DNA from: Protoeuglena noctilucae
Lineage: Eukaryota
Reading direction: 5' to 3'
Assembly (NCBI GenBank): GCA_958009085.1
Contig: OY253681.1
Span: 310,001 to 374,000, forward strand
Length of the DNA stretch: 64,000 bases
The position numbers were made by a program, and so were the translations under genes. Positions 38,203-50,300 of the stretch are shown here, one piece after another; the first letter of the stretch is position 1; each line of letters opens with the position of its first letter. The notes beneath the pieces are model-generated. The model was given only the letters and a program-made list of their open reading frames with translations. It was not told the DNA's origin and did no database searches.

Positions 38203-39608
38203 CTAGTAGTAACCCCCGAAAGTTTTCTCCGCAAATTCCCCGAACGTCATGCCTGGCTCCCACGGCCCCGCCCGGCATCGCTCAGGGGGCACCCCGGGTG
38301 GCCCCGCGAGCACCCGGTCCCAGCTGGGCTGCATGAACACCGCGAACGTGCTGCGGGAGACCCCCGCGGCGCCCCGGGGCGCCCGGACGTAGTGCGGGGT
38401 GGCCATGAGCGTGCCGCCGGACTCGATCTGGATACTCTGGCCCAGCTGGAACCCCAAATGGTCCTCCGGGATGCGCACCTGCACGTGCGTATCGCCCGAT
38501 GCCACCACATACAGTCCCGCCGCGGGGTCCGGGCAGGGCACTTCGCGACCGTCCGCGTCCTCCCACAATGCCGACGTGAGCCCCGTCAAGCTCCCGTGGT
38601 CTGCGGATGAGGTAAAGATAGGTCGACGCGCTAGAGGTATACGATGATCGTAGTGTGCCTTGAGACTTGCCGTGGCTGGGGCAGGTGGATGGGTGACACC
38701 TGTGCAGCAACCCAGCGGAAGCTTCGGCACAATGCACGCCGCTGCCCCTCCTGACCCCTCCTGTCCCCCTGACCCCCACAGCACTGTGCCTCAGTGACTT
38801 TCCTCCGTAGCGCAGCGCAGAGCTCTCTCACCCGTGTGCACGGAGCACCAGTTGGCGTCGTCGCCCTCGCCCCCAGTCGTCGGGTAGTAGTGCAGGAGTC
38901 GCGCCTTGGGGTTGCGAGAGTCGCGCACAGCTGACTCCAGCGCCCCACCCCGGCCCTCCTGCACCTCCTCCACGTACGCGTCGCACGCCCTGGCCACGAG
39001 AGCGCCGACTTGGATCACGAGGGTGCCCAGGGATCGAAACGCCTCCCGCATCTCTGGCACATGCGCGTCGGGCCAGATGTTGGCGCGCAGCATCCCCGGG
39101 TAGCGCGCCTGCAAAGCCACGTCGTCCGTTACCGCGTCGTCCGTCAACGGATTGTTGTACCAAGAGCCCTTATGCACGTCAGCCCGGTCCCCGTCCAGCC
39201 GCTCCTTGCCCCGACTCCAGCCGAACGAGTAGCGGCTGGGGGCGTCCTCGTATGTCCTTTCGGGACGTGCGGATGGGAACGTTAGTCGCCATGCAGTCCT
39301 CGCTGCAGCCCAGAGTGGCCATCGCAGCCGCATGGGCAACGCAATCACCGCAAGACCTCGTCAGGCAGGTGCGCCACCCTGCGCGCCAGAGGGAGCAGCG
39401 CCCGGCGGCGGCGTTGAAGGTCCGGGACGCCGCTGACGGTCAGAAAGCCCAGCTGATCGGGACCGAAGGCCTGCCGGATCGCATCGCGCAAACCATGCGG
39501 GTTCGTCACGAGGTCGTGGTGCGTGACAGTTACCACGCTCCTCGCCGCCGCATGCGCATGCGCCCACGTCGCCTGTGACAAGAAGTCGGACCGCTGTCCT
39601 GAGAGCAT
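38203..39608 (-). CDS. 2-oxoglutarate/Fe(II)-dependent oxygenase (DIOX_N / IPNS-like)
   Basis: QAFGPDQLGFLTVSGVP, YSFGWSRGKE, KGSWYNNP, KARLLHYYP, WCSVHT|DHGSLTGL (HxD), ATPHYV, RSTFAVF. Confidence 0.85.
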
Positions 39609-40020
39609 GACGGCGGGTCCGCCTGGGCAGGGCGCGGGCGCCGGTAGCGTTTAAATACGCACCAGCCGTCGCGCGCGCTGGACGAACGAGCCCGGGCAGC
39701 AGGAAGCACAGCCGAGTCCCGTGGGTCTCAAAGACACCGGCGGACTCATGGCGACCCTCCCCCACGATCCAACGGAGCTACTGCACCAGCCGGCTGGAGC
39801 GTAATGGCATATGGAATGCGTCCGCAACGGCCAAGGCAGGCGCTCGGCGGGGCATGGAACCAGCACCCACTTGTGGCGCTTGGAGGTGACGGGGCCTCCA
39901 AGCATTCTTTCTGATGCAGCGCAGGATGCCAGAGCTTGTGTCCCCGGTGGCCGGATCAGTTGGCCTCCGCCGCGAATGCTCCCATCAGTGATCGGGACGC
40001 GTCTTTGTCACGTGTCACTG

Positions 40021-41109
40021 ATGCTGTCTGCTCGCATCGCCTTGCGCGCTGGACTGCTGGGCCGCGACACACTTGGGGCGAGGGGACGCGCGCTGCGGTC
40101 GCCCATCATGGCGGCCAACCCGAACAAGGGGGCGATCAGCAAAGTCGTCTTCGTGACGGGGAACGAGAAGAAGCTTCGGGAGGTGCGCAGCAGCGAGCTC
40201 GTCGAGTGGAACGCGCTGCGCATCGGTCGTGCCACCCCGTGGGGGGCGGACCACGGCTGCGAGTGCCAAAGCGTTGACTGCGATGGACACGTACTGCCTC
40301 CCGCAGGTGGTGGCGATCCTCAGCGAAGGGCATCCGCTGCCGTTCGCGGTGGACAAGCAGTCGGTGGACCTCCCCGAGCTCCAGGTGCCGCCCTGCAGGG
40401 CGCACGCCATCCACCGCAGCGCCATTCGCCGCAAATGTCGATCGCGCTCGTCTCCGCCGGCATCGGACCGCTGCTCTCTCGTCGCAGGGGGAGCCGGAGG
40501 ACATTGCCAAGGAGAAGTGCCGCCTGGCCGCCAAAGCCGTGGGCGGGCCGTGCATGACCGAGGACACGTCGCTTTGCTTCAATGCGCTCAAGGTGCGGCC
40601 CGCTCCGTCTCGGGCAGGCCCTCGACACTACCCGCACTTGTTGCACCGAAGTTCAGCCCAGCTCGTGCATCGCAGGGGTTGCCGGGCCCGTACATCAAGT
40701 GGTTCCTTGAGAAGCTCGGACACGACGGGCTCAATCGGATGCTGGACGGCTTCCCGGACCGCTCGGCCTACGCGCAGTGCATCTTTGCGTTCTCTGAGGG
40801 CCCTGGCCACGAGCCCGTGACGTTCGTGGGGAGGACGCAGGTGACGGGCGATCATCCGGAATAAAGTTAACGCCATCGCGGCGATGCCCGTCGTCTCATC
40901 GCTGCGCTGGCGCTGCCTCGCAGGGCAGGATCGTGGCGGCGCGCGGGGACAACCAGTTCGGGTGGGACCCGGTGTTTGAGGTGACGGAGGAGGGGCCGGG
41001 CAAGGGATCGACGTACGCGGAGATGGACGCGGCGGTGAAGAACGGACTCAGCCATCGGTACCGTGCCCTCGACGCCCTCCGCCAGCACCTACTGGCGACC
41101 TACAGCTGA
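40021..41109 (+). CDS. ITPA: Inosine triphosphate pyrophosphatase (Ham1 family)
   Basis: [63 protein letters not shown]. Confidence 0.95.
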
Positions 41110-41318
41110 GCTGGCGGTCCGTCTTCCGCCCAGCTGTCATCTCCTCGCACCACTTCGCTTCTGTACCTAGAAAGCGTGACGCAACAGTGTATTGAACACC
41201 AGTACATCCACAGTAGGCCTTAGCAACTGTCCCTCGTCCCTTGTTGTTCCCTAGTCCACGTTCCTCAGCAAGCCTTGCCACCGTCTCTTGCTGCCGCATC
41301 GGTGGGAGTGCTAGTCTC

Positions 41319-44300
41319 ATGCCATGTCTCATGGCATGGCGATAAATCCCCCGGCGGAGCTGGAGGACCTGGAGAAATGCGTCCAGGTGCCGTGTGCGCG
41401 TCCTCGCTGCGTCAAATCGCCGCCTGTGGCAATCACGCGGATCGTTCGTGACTTGATGTGGCGTGGACGCGTCGCTGGCCTGTAGGAAGCTGGCGTCGGC
41501 TCGCACGGTGCCAATGTCGGTTGCCCCCTTTGCTCCAAAGCAGGTGGCGCAGGTGGCCTTGGCAGACATCCTCGACTGCCGCCATGGAGAGGACTTGATC
41601 CATAGATTGCGCGAGACGTGCGGGGACGGAGGACCATGCGCCCGCGTGTGGAGCCCAGGTCAGCAAGCCCCCTGCCGCTGCAAATTCCATTTTTTCTACA
41701 AAAACGTCGCCTCCGAGGCCTTGATGGTCGTGCTCATCTCAGCAAGCACTCATCCGCGCCACGACATGCCTCCCGGCCGCAGGCGCGATCGCATACCGCT
41801 GTCGCACGTGCCAAGTCCTCTCGCAGAGCGCCATTTGCGTGGAGTGCTTCCTCGCTGGCGATCACAGAGGCCATGATTTCAGCATGTACAGGTGTGGGTG
41901 CGCTCAGTTGGCACATACAGCCGCGGCCGGCGCGACACGCGCACGCCTCGTGGCGCTCAACCGTGCCTGTCCTTTCAAGCCCGCAGGTCCGACGGCGGCG
42001 GGTGCTGCGACTGCGGCGACCTCGCTTCGTGGGCCAAGGACGGATGCTGCCCCGCGCACGCCCCCGTGGACACCAGCGGCCGCCCGGCGGTGCCTGCGCG
42101 CGTCGAGCGCCGCGTCGCCAGCGTCTTTGACTGGGTGCTGCACGTCCTGCTCTGGACTCTCATGCGCCTCGGGAGCGCCAACGTACCCTCCCTCATGTCC
42201 AGCACGACAGGCGAGAACGCTGTTGTTACCATCGCGCGTGCCGGAACAAGCATCTTGTCATCTTCGCAGAGGTGTCATGCACAAGAACGCACTTGGCTGC
42301 CGTATAGCTTCCAACAATTCCTCGCCATCCGCGCAGTGCTCCAGTGTTTCGAGTGGCTGGCTGCGGTGAGCGTCGTCAGCGCAGTGCGTAAGGGCATCTG
42401 CGCATCGCTGTCCAACGACGGGGTCGCCCCGCTCGAGGCATTGGGGATCGATCGGGATGACAATGGCGATGGTCCCGAGGAGCTGTCGCCCGTCTCGGTG
42501 CTCATGGTGCAGGCGCTGGGGAGGCGAGACGACCCACGGCCGGACTCCCTCGGGTCGGTGAGGGAAAGGCATGCATAAGTTATTGATTATATAACTGTTG
42601 ATCATAGTTGCTACGTGGTGGGAGTCGATGGGATGGGACGTGTTGCGGTACTACTCACCTTACAGGACCTGCCACGTGCTTTGGGCGAAGCACGTTACAA
42701 GCACGTTTTATCCAAAGCACGTCCTCTGCGCTGGGATGTCCCCTCAGGTCCTGGGTCGTTTATGGGAGGGCGGCAATCTGGTGAAAGCCGCGAAGGAAGG
42801 GTTGGGCAGCGTCCGGCGCCACTTGCACGACAGCTGGGCTGGGAGCCTGCCCCCGGGGCGATGCAGGGAGGGATGCTGTGCTATGCCGAGCTGAGCAAGG
42901 AGGTGAGGGGGCGTGTGAGTGTTGAGTGCTGTGCTATGCACAGCTGAGCAAGGAGTGGGGTGATGAGCACAGCCGAGCTGAGCAAGGAGGTGAGGGGGTG
43001 TGTGGGTGTGGGGTGCTTAGCTTTGCACAGCTGAGCAAGGCTGTCTGCAAACCATATCGCCCATTTTTAACTCCCATAATACCCGCATGTCTTCCTCTTC
43101 ACCATGTCCCCCATTCGCTGGCTCTTGCCATCCCCTCAGGTGGTGGACCAGCCCCCCTGGTCCCCCGTGCCCCGCGCTGCGACGTCTGCTGCCACCACCG
43201 CCGAGCCCAGGCGCAACCTGCCGCCCATGCGCTTCTCTTTGGCGTCCCTGGTGAGTTTTATAACTACTAGCATCGTTGTAAGTTTGATGCTCACCCATGC
43301 ACGTCGCCCATGGTCTTGTCTTTAACCAAGTCTCCCACCCCATGCCTCACGTTACGCCGCTCGCTGCCCTTGCCCCCGCCCCTGCCCAGCTACCGTCCTC
43401 ACCTCACCCCCGCCACCCCTCCCTTCCTCCCCTCCAGGCCCTCCGCTGCCTCCCCCACATGTCCTCGAGCGCGGCAGACAGGATCACGTCGCTGTTTTTG
43501 AAGCTCCTGTACGACGCGGAATTCAAATCGGCCTTCACCGTCTGCCTGGTGCCCCTCTACGCGGGAATCGTGCTACGGTCCCAGCGCGCCCTCCACCTCG
43601 GGGCCTTCCTCGAGAAAGTCACCGTGCAGCTATTCAACGTGCCACAGGTGACATGCAAATGAAGCGACGTTTAGATGGAGAGAGAGGTGCCTGTTGCTGC
43701 TGGGAGGAGAGTTGGTGGGAAGTAAGAGGACACACACACTCACCGTTTATGCTTACGGCGAAGTACCACTGCTCGCACCTCCTCTCGCTTGTCTTCGCGT
43801 CCCCACCCATTGTCTCATACCCATTGTCTCATCTTATCATATTTCTATTCAATGTCATCTCCTCATCCCCCCAGGTCACGCTGGCCCTGGTCCGGCAGCA
43901 CACGGTGGTGGAGGCGGTGGTGGACACGTGCCTGGCAGGCATATCACACGTGTCGGTGAGTTGCCTATAATAGCAGAACGACAAATACATGTCTAGTGTT
44001 GTCGATGAGCTGCCAGTGATGGTAGCATACGCGCGCACCGACATGTGTGGTGGGTGCATTGTCAGTTGTTCATTTGCGGTGCTTGGCTGCTTGTGAACGT
44101 CTCTCGCCCACTCTCGCTGCGTCATCCAATGCAGAGCCCCTCTCCCTCGCTCACCGACGCCTGGCCCATCGTAGATGATCTCACCCACTAAAACTTAATC
44201 TTTCATCCACAGGACCCCTCTTCCTCCCTCACGGGCGCCTGGCCCATCGTGGATGTGTCGCGGTCCGACATCCGCAGCCGAAGACCGGCCTACCAGAGAG

Positions 44301-47300
44301 CCTTCCACGACCTCCGCATGCTGCTGATGCACACGGGGGGTGAGTGCGATTAGTGCTAGTCTTGTTGCACTATCGGTGATAGCAGTGACCCATGCATGCA
44401 TGCTCCTCATGCACACGGGGGGTGAGTGGGTGTGCTTACTCTATCCATGACCCATGCGTGCTCCTAGCGGTGCCTGGACAGCCCAAGTCAGGGACCCGAT
44501 TCCTGTTACAAATGCAAGCAGCTGTCATTGCATCGATCCCCTCGCCCGCAGTGCTGGAGTGGTGCCTGGACAGCCCTGGGTCATATGTTCTGACGTCCCT
44601 GGCCGGGTGCGTGGGCCGCGCGCAGTTCCTGTGCCCTTGTGAGCGGCGGACGGGGAGCCACGTGGAGATGGAGGACACCTCGTGGACGTCGGGGCATGCC
44701 GGTGAGGGATGAGTGAGTCAGAATGAGCATGGTATGGGTTTTGGATCTGAGCGTGAATGGTGAGATGGAAGCACCTGATGGGTGCATGAGAGCATGGGTG
44801 TGCTGGTGAGCAATGTGTGTGTAACTAAGAGCTTGGCTGTGCTGACAACCCGATACTGCCCAGTGGCAGCAACACGTCCACTCCTCAGCCCCACTCATTA
44901 CCTCCCCACACCCTTCACTACAACTTCCAGTACAGGCCGTGCTGCTCCACTTGATCATCAACACCCTCCAGTCTGCCGTGTTCGAAACACCTGACTCAGG
45001 CGCACGTTTCATGCGCGAGGGCCAGGCAGGGGCTGGGGCTGAGGAGGCGATGGGGGTGGGGGCGAGGGCGATTGCGGGGAAAACGGTCGGTCAGCTCACG
45101 GCGGCCCTCTGCTGGGCGTCGCTGGTGAGCGGCGGAGTGGGTGGCTGTTAGTAACCACGTGCAGTGTTTATTGACTTGGCGTGTGTGATGAGTGGGTGGA
45201 TGGGTGGCTGTGAGTAGATGCGTGACGGGCAGCGAGACTCAAAAAAAAACCACCCTTTACAAACACACCGTGGCTTAAGTGTAACCTTACAACACCCCAA
45301 ATCACAACACCAACGCCCCTCTCTCCCTCTCTCAGGCGTTTGCATCCGAGGCGTCCCGCTGGGCTTCCCTGCTCCCCATAAGACTGGGACCGGCGATGAT
45401 GCTCGGACCAAGAGGGTCGCGATATCCCCCACCCCCCACGGTCCTCGCTAACCTCAACCCCCGTGCCATTTTCGAGGACCTGCTGTTAGGAGGGTGGGCG
45501 TCCGCGCAGCTGCCCCTGCAGCGGTGTGCGGCGGGGTGCATGGCGCTGGCGGTCGCGTCGGCGTGTGCAGAGGTGAGGGGTTGGGGGGTGTGTGGGGTGG
45601 GGTGTGTGGGGGGTGCATGGCTGGATGGTAGTGGCGCGTGCGGAGGTGCGGGGTGTGAGATCACATTACCACCCCACTCTTTCCACCCACTGTAAATCCC
45701 CCCAGGCCCGCGACGCCACCCCCACCCCCGCCACCGCCGCCCACTCCGCCCACGCCTTCCTCACCCGCTGCCTCGCCTCCCGCCCTGCTCTGTGGGCCAC
45801 CGTGGCATTCGACGTCCTGAGACACGCCGTGTGGATGGCGCAGATACGGCACAGGTGAGAGGAGATGGGGGGTGATGGGGTGTGTGGGGGATGATGGGGT
45901 GAATGGGAAATGATGGGGTGAATGGGGGGGTGGCTGGGTGCAAGGAGGTTAATTTGGGTTTCGGGGGGGGGGGGGTGCGCTGTGCTGTATGGTTAATGCG
46001 CTGCTGTCACACATCAAACCCCCCTCTCTCTTGCTCCCCCCCAGGCTCTGGGTCCGCAACGGTGCTTCCGTGGCGAGGATCGAGTTCCATTCCCGGTCAT
46101 CCATCCGAGCCGAGCTGTGCCTGGACCCGGACATGTTCGCACTGCAGGCGTGGATAGCTACTGCGCAGGACACGGACGGTGAGTATTGGGGATCGTGAAA
46201 TCATATTGTGTCGAGTCCTATGTGCTGCGTATCGCATACTTTCATTGTGATGAAATTTTGTCACCCACCCCACCCCTTCCACCTTTCTCACCCGCAGCCG
46301 CCCTCATCGACTGGCTCTGCGCCTTCGCCGGTCGCCGCCTCGAGTCAGCACTGCGCCGCCCTTCTACTGACACGCATCCCATCCCACCCCACACCAATGC
46401 TACCCACGCTACCCCACCCCACCCCCCTGCCGCCACCACCGCCTCCGGCCCTCCCCGCCCCCCCTCCTGGTCCCACAGCCTCGTCTCCCACGTGCTGCGA
46501 TTCTGGCCGGGATCTGGCACGGGTACTAACACCAACACTGGCACCAACACTGGCGGGGGTACGGCAGCCGGCGACCCCTCTGGACATGTCATCGCTGCGC
46601 AGAGCAGTGGCCGTCGCGACCAGGGATCCGCGGAATCAATCCCATTACCATTACCCATTGTCAACAGTCACAGTCGCAGTCACAGTCACGGTCAGGCTCT
46701 GCGGGCGTGGGAGGTCGAGACGGACAGCGACTCTGACATGGGGTCTGACGTTTCGTCCACTGACGCAGGGGCAGTACCCGTGTCAGGGGATGGGGTGGGA
46801 GAGGGGGCGGTGGAGGGATGGAGAGGGGCGGGCGAGGGTGCTGGGGAAGGGAGCGGAAGCGTGGCGGGGGCTCGTGGGGGTGACGAGATCGGTGTGGGGG
46901 CGGGGGTGGGGGTGGTATTGAAGACGGCTGGGAGTGCGATAGTGGCGGTGCGGGTGGCGATGTCGCGAGTGGCAACTCTCTCTGCGGCGTTGGGGACTCT
47001 GGGCAGTGAGGATGATGGGCGGAGGCTTCAGTGTTTGACGGACGGGGCGCGTCTGCTGGCGGCGTGTGTGCGGGACCGGGGGCTGTGGGGGATGACGCTG
47101 GACCAGAGGGTGCGATACGAGCTCGTGCAGAGGTGAGGGATGAGTGATGGTGGGAGCGAGTTATGGGGAGTATGATATGAGATATGAGGGTGGGTGAGCG
47201 GCATTAAGTTAATCGTGAATGTCGAGCCTCCTCCTTTAACCTTCACCCTCGCCCATCCCCACCTGCTCATCTCAACCCCACAACACCCTCACCCCACCCC

Positions 47301-50300
47301 CCTCTCCCTCACTGCACCACCCTCACCCTCACCCACCCCCACCACACCCCCGCCCCCCCCCCCCCCCCCCGCAGCCTGGCCTCGGGCCCCCTCAGTCATT
47401 TGGCCATCGTGGAGGACTGCCTGGGCATCGTGGCAGGGCAGCACGAAGGCCTAGACACAGCACTGAGAGACGTCGCTGATTACCAAGAGCCCACGCTCAG
47501 TCGGGGCGGGCTGTTTCTGCTCAAGCCCCATCTCATGAGGCACTACGATCCGTACTTCACGCACCGGGGGGTGCAGAATCAGGTGAGGGGGGTGGTGAGG
47601 TGGGTGTGGTGGGTAGAGCTGGGTGAGGGGGTTGGTGGGATTGGTTGTTGGTGGGCAGAGATAGGTGCGAGAGGGGTGGGGTGTCGGGCAGAGATAGGCA
47701 AAGGTGTGTTTGTTGTGCATGCGCATGAGCATGTCGATACTCACTTGCAGTGCCAATCCTTCCCACAAGTCACCACGCCCTCACCTCCACCACCCTCCCT
47801 TACCTTTGCCACCCACGCAACACCCACTTAACACCCACTTAACAACCCCCACCCTTCCTCTCATCGCAGGAAGAGAGCCAAGAGAAGGCCCGGCTGTCCC
47901 GCTTCTACCGCGGCCGGGACCAGCTGAGCCGCCCCTGGCCCCTTCCCCCACCCCTCAGCACCCTCACCCGCATCGCCCACACCCCCACCCTCGTCGCCCT
48001 CACATCCGCCGCCCTCAGTCACGCCATGGCAACCCGACTCGCAGGCACCGACGGACTGCTATGTGCTTGTCTATCGCTGCTATCTGTGGCAATACACGAC
48101 GTCATTGAGTTGGCACAGGGGCTTGATAGCAGTAATGGTGGTACTGTTATCACTGGTACTGACGAGCCCAGCGTTGCTGGTGCATGTGGGGACAGGGAGG
48201 CTGGGCAGGCAGAGGCGCGAGGTGGGGCGGGGGCTGAGGGTGAGGGTGGTGGGGTGGGCGCGAGTGCAAGCGAGGGTGGTAGTCCATACATGCAAAGCGC
48301 GGGGTGGGACGATGGGCTAGACACGGCACTGTGGCGACTGGGAGGGGAGCGGTGGGCGTGCGATCCCCGCGTGGTCGCGCTGGTGGGGGCAGCGGAGGGG
48401 CGCGTGTGGGTGTTGGGAAGTGAGGGCAGTGGGGGTGGTGTTGAGGGTGGCAGTGGGGGTGATAGTAAGGGTGGCAGTGGGGGTGGTGCAGGTGCAGGTG
48501 GGGTGGCAATAGAGGTGGGAGTATGCCCCCGGGAGGAGGGCCTGGTGTCGGTGCTGTCGCGTTTCGTGGAGTGGTGCGACGAGGAGTGGGACGAGGAGCT
48601 CACGTGGGAAGTGGCAGACTGCGGTGAGTCAGTGAGCATGTATAGTCATTACAATACAGTGCTTCCGAGTACATGCAACTATTCCATCAGAGCACCGCAA
48701 TTAGAGCATCGACTGCTTCGCCAGTCTTCCATTCACTCATGTAATATGTAATATAACCAATCATCCATTTATTTCTTTTCGCACCCCCCCCCCGCAGCTC
48801 GCTGGACCCTCCAGGCTTTGTGTGCCATTGCCTCCGCCCACCGCCGCACCGTCCGCGTCGCCGACCGACGCTCTGCCAAAGCCCACGCCACCCCAGCCGA
48901 GCCAGGCACACCCAGCCGCGAACGCACTCCGCGCAGCTCACCCCGCGCACCTGCCCACGCCGACAATACCACCGTGGCTTCAAACCTAGGCCGAGTCACA
49001 ACCACCACCTCCGCCCCCGCCCCTCCCGCCCCATCACACGGTGCCATCCCCACTGCCCCCCTGGGTTCAAGTGACCCCATCCCCGCGTCCCGACCGCCTC
49101 TGTCGATATCCCCCGCACCGCCGCTTGGACAGAGCGTGGATCTGAGCTCAGGAGGGTCCACCCCCATGTCACTTGGTGCATCGCCCAGTCGTGTCGCACC
49201 TAGCCGCAAGGCACGTGCCAGCCGCATTCAAGCACAGCTGCTGAAGCGATTGGGCGAGCGACAGAGGGCGGCGCTGGAGCGATTGGATGCGGAGGGCGGG
49301 AGGGGCGGGGACGGGGGAGGTGGGGAAGAGGGGCCGGGTGCGGGGGTGGGGGAGGAGATGGGTGTGGATGGGGGGGTGGGTGCTGTGGTTGGGGCGGGAG
49401 AGGGGGATGAAAGGGATGTGAAGAGGCGGATTGAGGATCTGTTGGCTCAGGTAAGGGTGGAATGAGGGCGGTGTTGCGATGTGCGTGGGGTGCGGGTCAG
49501 TGCGTGCGGTGCTTGTGGGATTTCTGAGACTTGTCATACGTACACAAGCAAAGGAACGCCTGAGATGTCACAGAGAGTATATCTTCGATGGCATTGTAAC
49601 ATTGTGACTTGCTTCCCTTTTCAAATCCCTGCAGGACGCAGCTGCGTGGGTGTCGCGAGTGACGGACTGGGACGCGCTGCCTCAGCAGTGCGTGATATGC
49701 CAGGGGTCCCATGCAACCACCGACGACGCAGATACTCAAAATCAAGGATTATCACAGGACCGATCGCCGATGTGCCTGCTCGCCCACCTGCAAGTGACCG
49801 ACGTCCTCTGCACCACCCTCGCTCCCCTCCCCGCCGCCACTGCTGTCCCTGCCACCGCCGATGCAGCCGCGGGCAGCCAGCCCCACGACGCGACACGCGC
49901 GAGACTGCGCCTGCGAGTGGCACCCGCACCTGCACCCGCACCTGCACCTTTACCCGCACCTGCACCCACACCTGCACCCGCACCCGCACCCGCACCCGCA
50001 CCCGCACCCGCACCCGCACCCGCACCCGCACCCGCACCCGCACCCGCACCCGCACCCGCACCCGCACCCGCACCCGCACCCGCACCCGCACCCGCACCCC
50101 AGCACGGCACCCCACCTGTCACTTTATCTGACACGCTTAGTGCAACGTGCGACGTCGCGCCCCACCCCACCGGTCCGATGGCCAGCTGGGCCGACGAGCT
50201 CCCGGGGGTGCACCTGCGGGCGTGCGGCCACGCAGCGCACGCCTCCTGCCTGCGCAAGTACCGAGAATCTCTGCTGTCTCGCGTACTGGCGAGGATGCCC

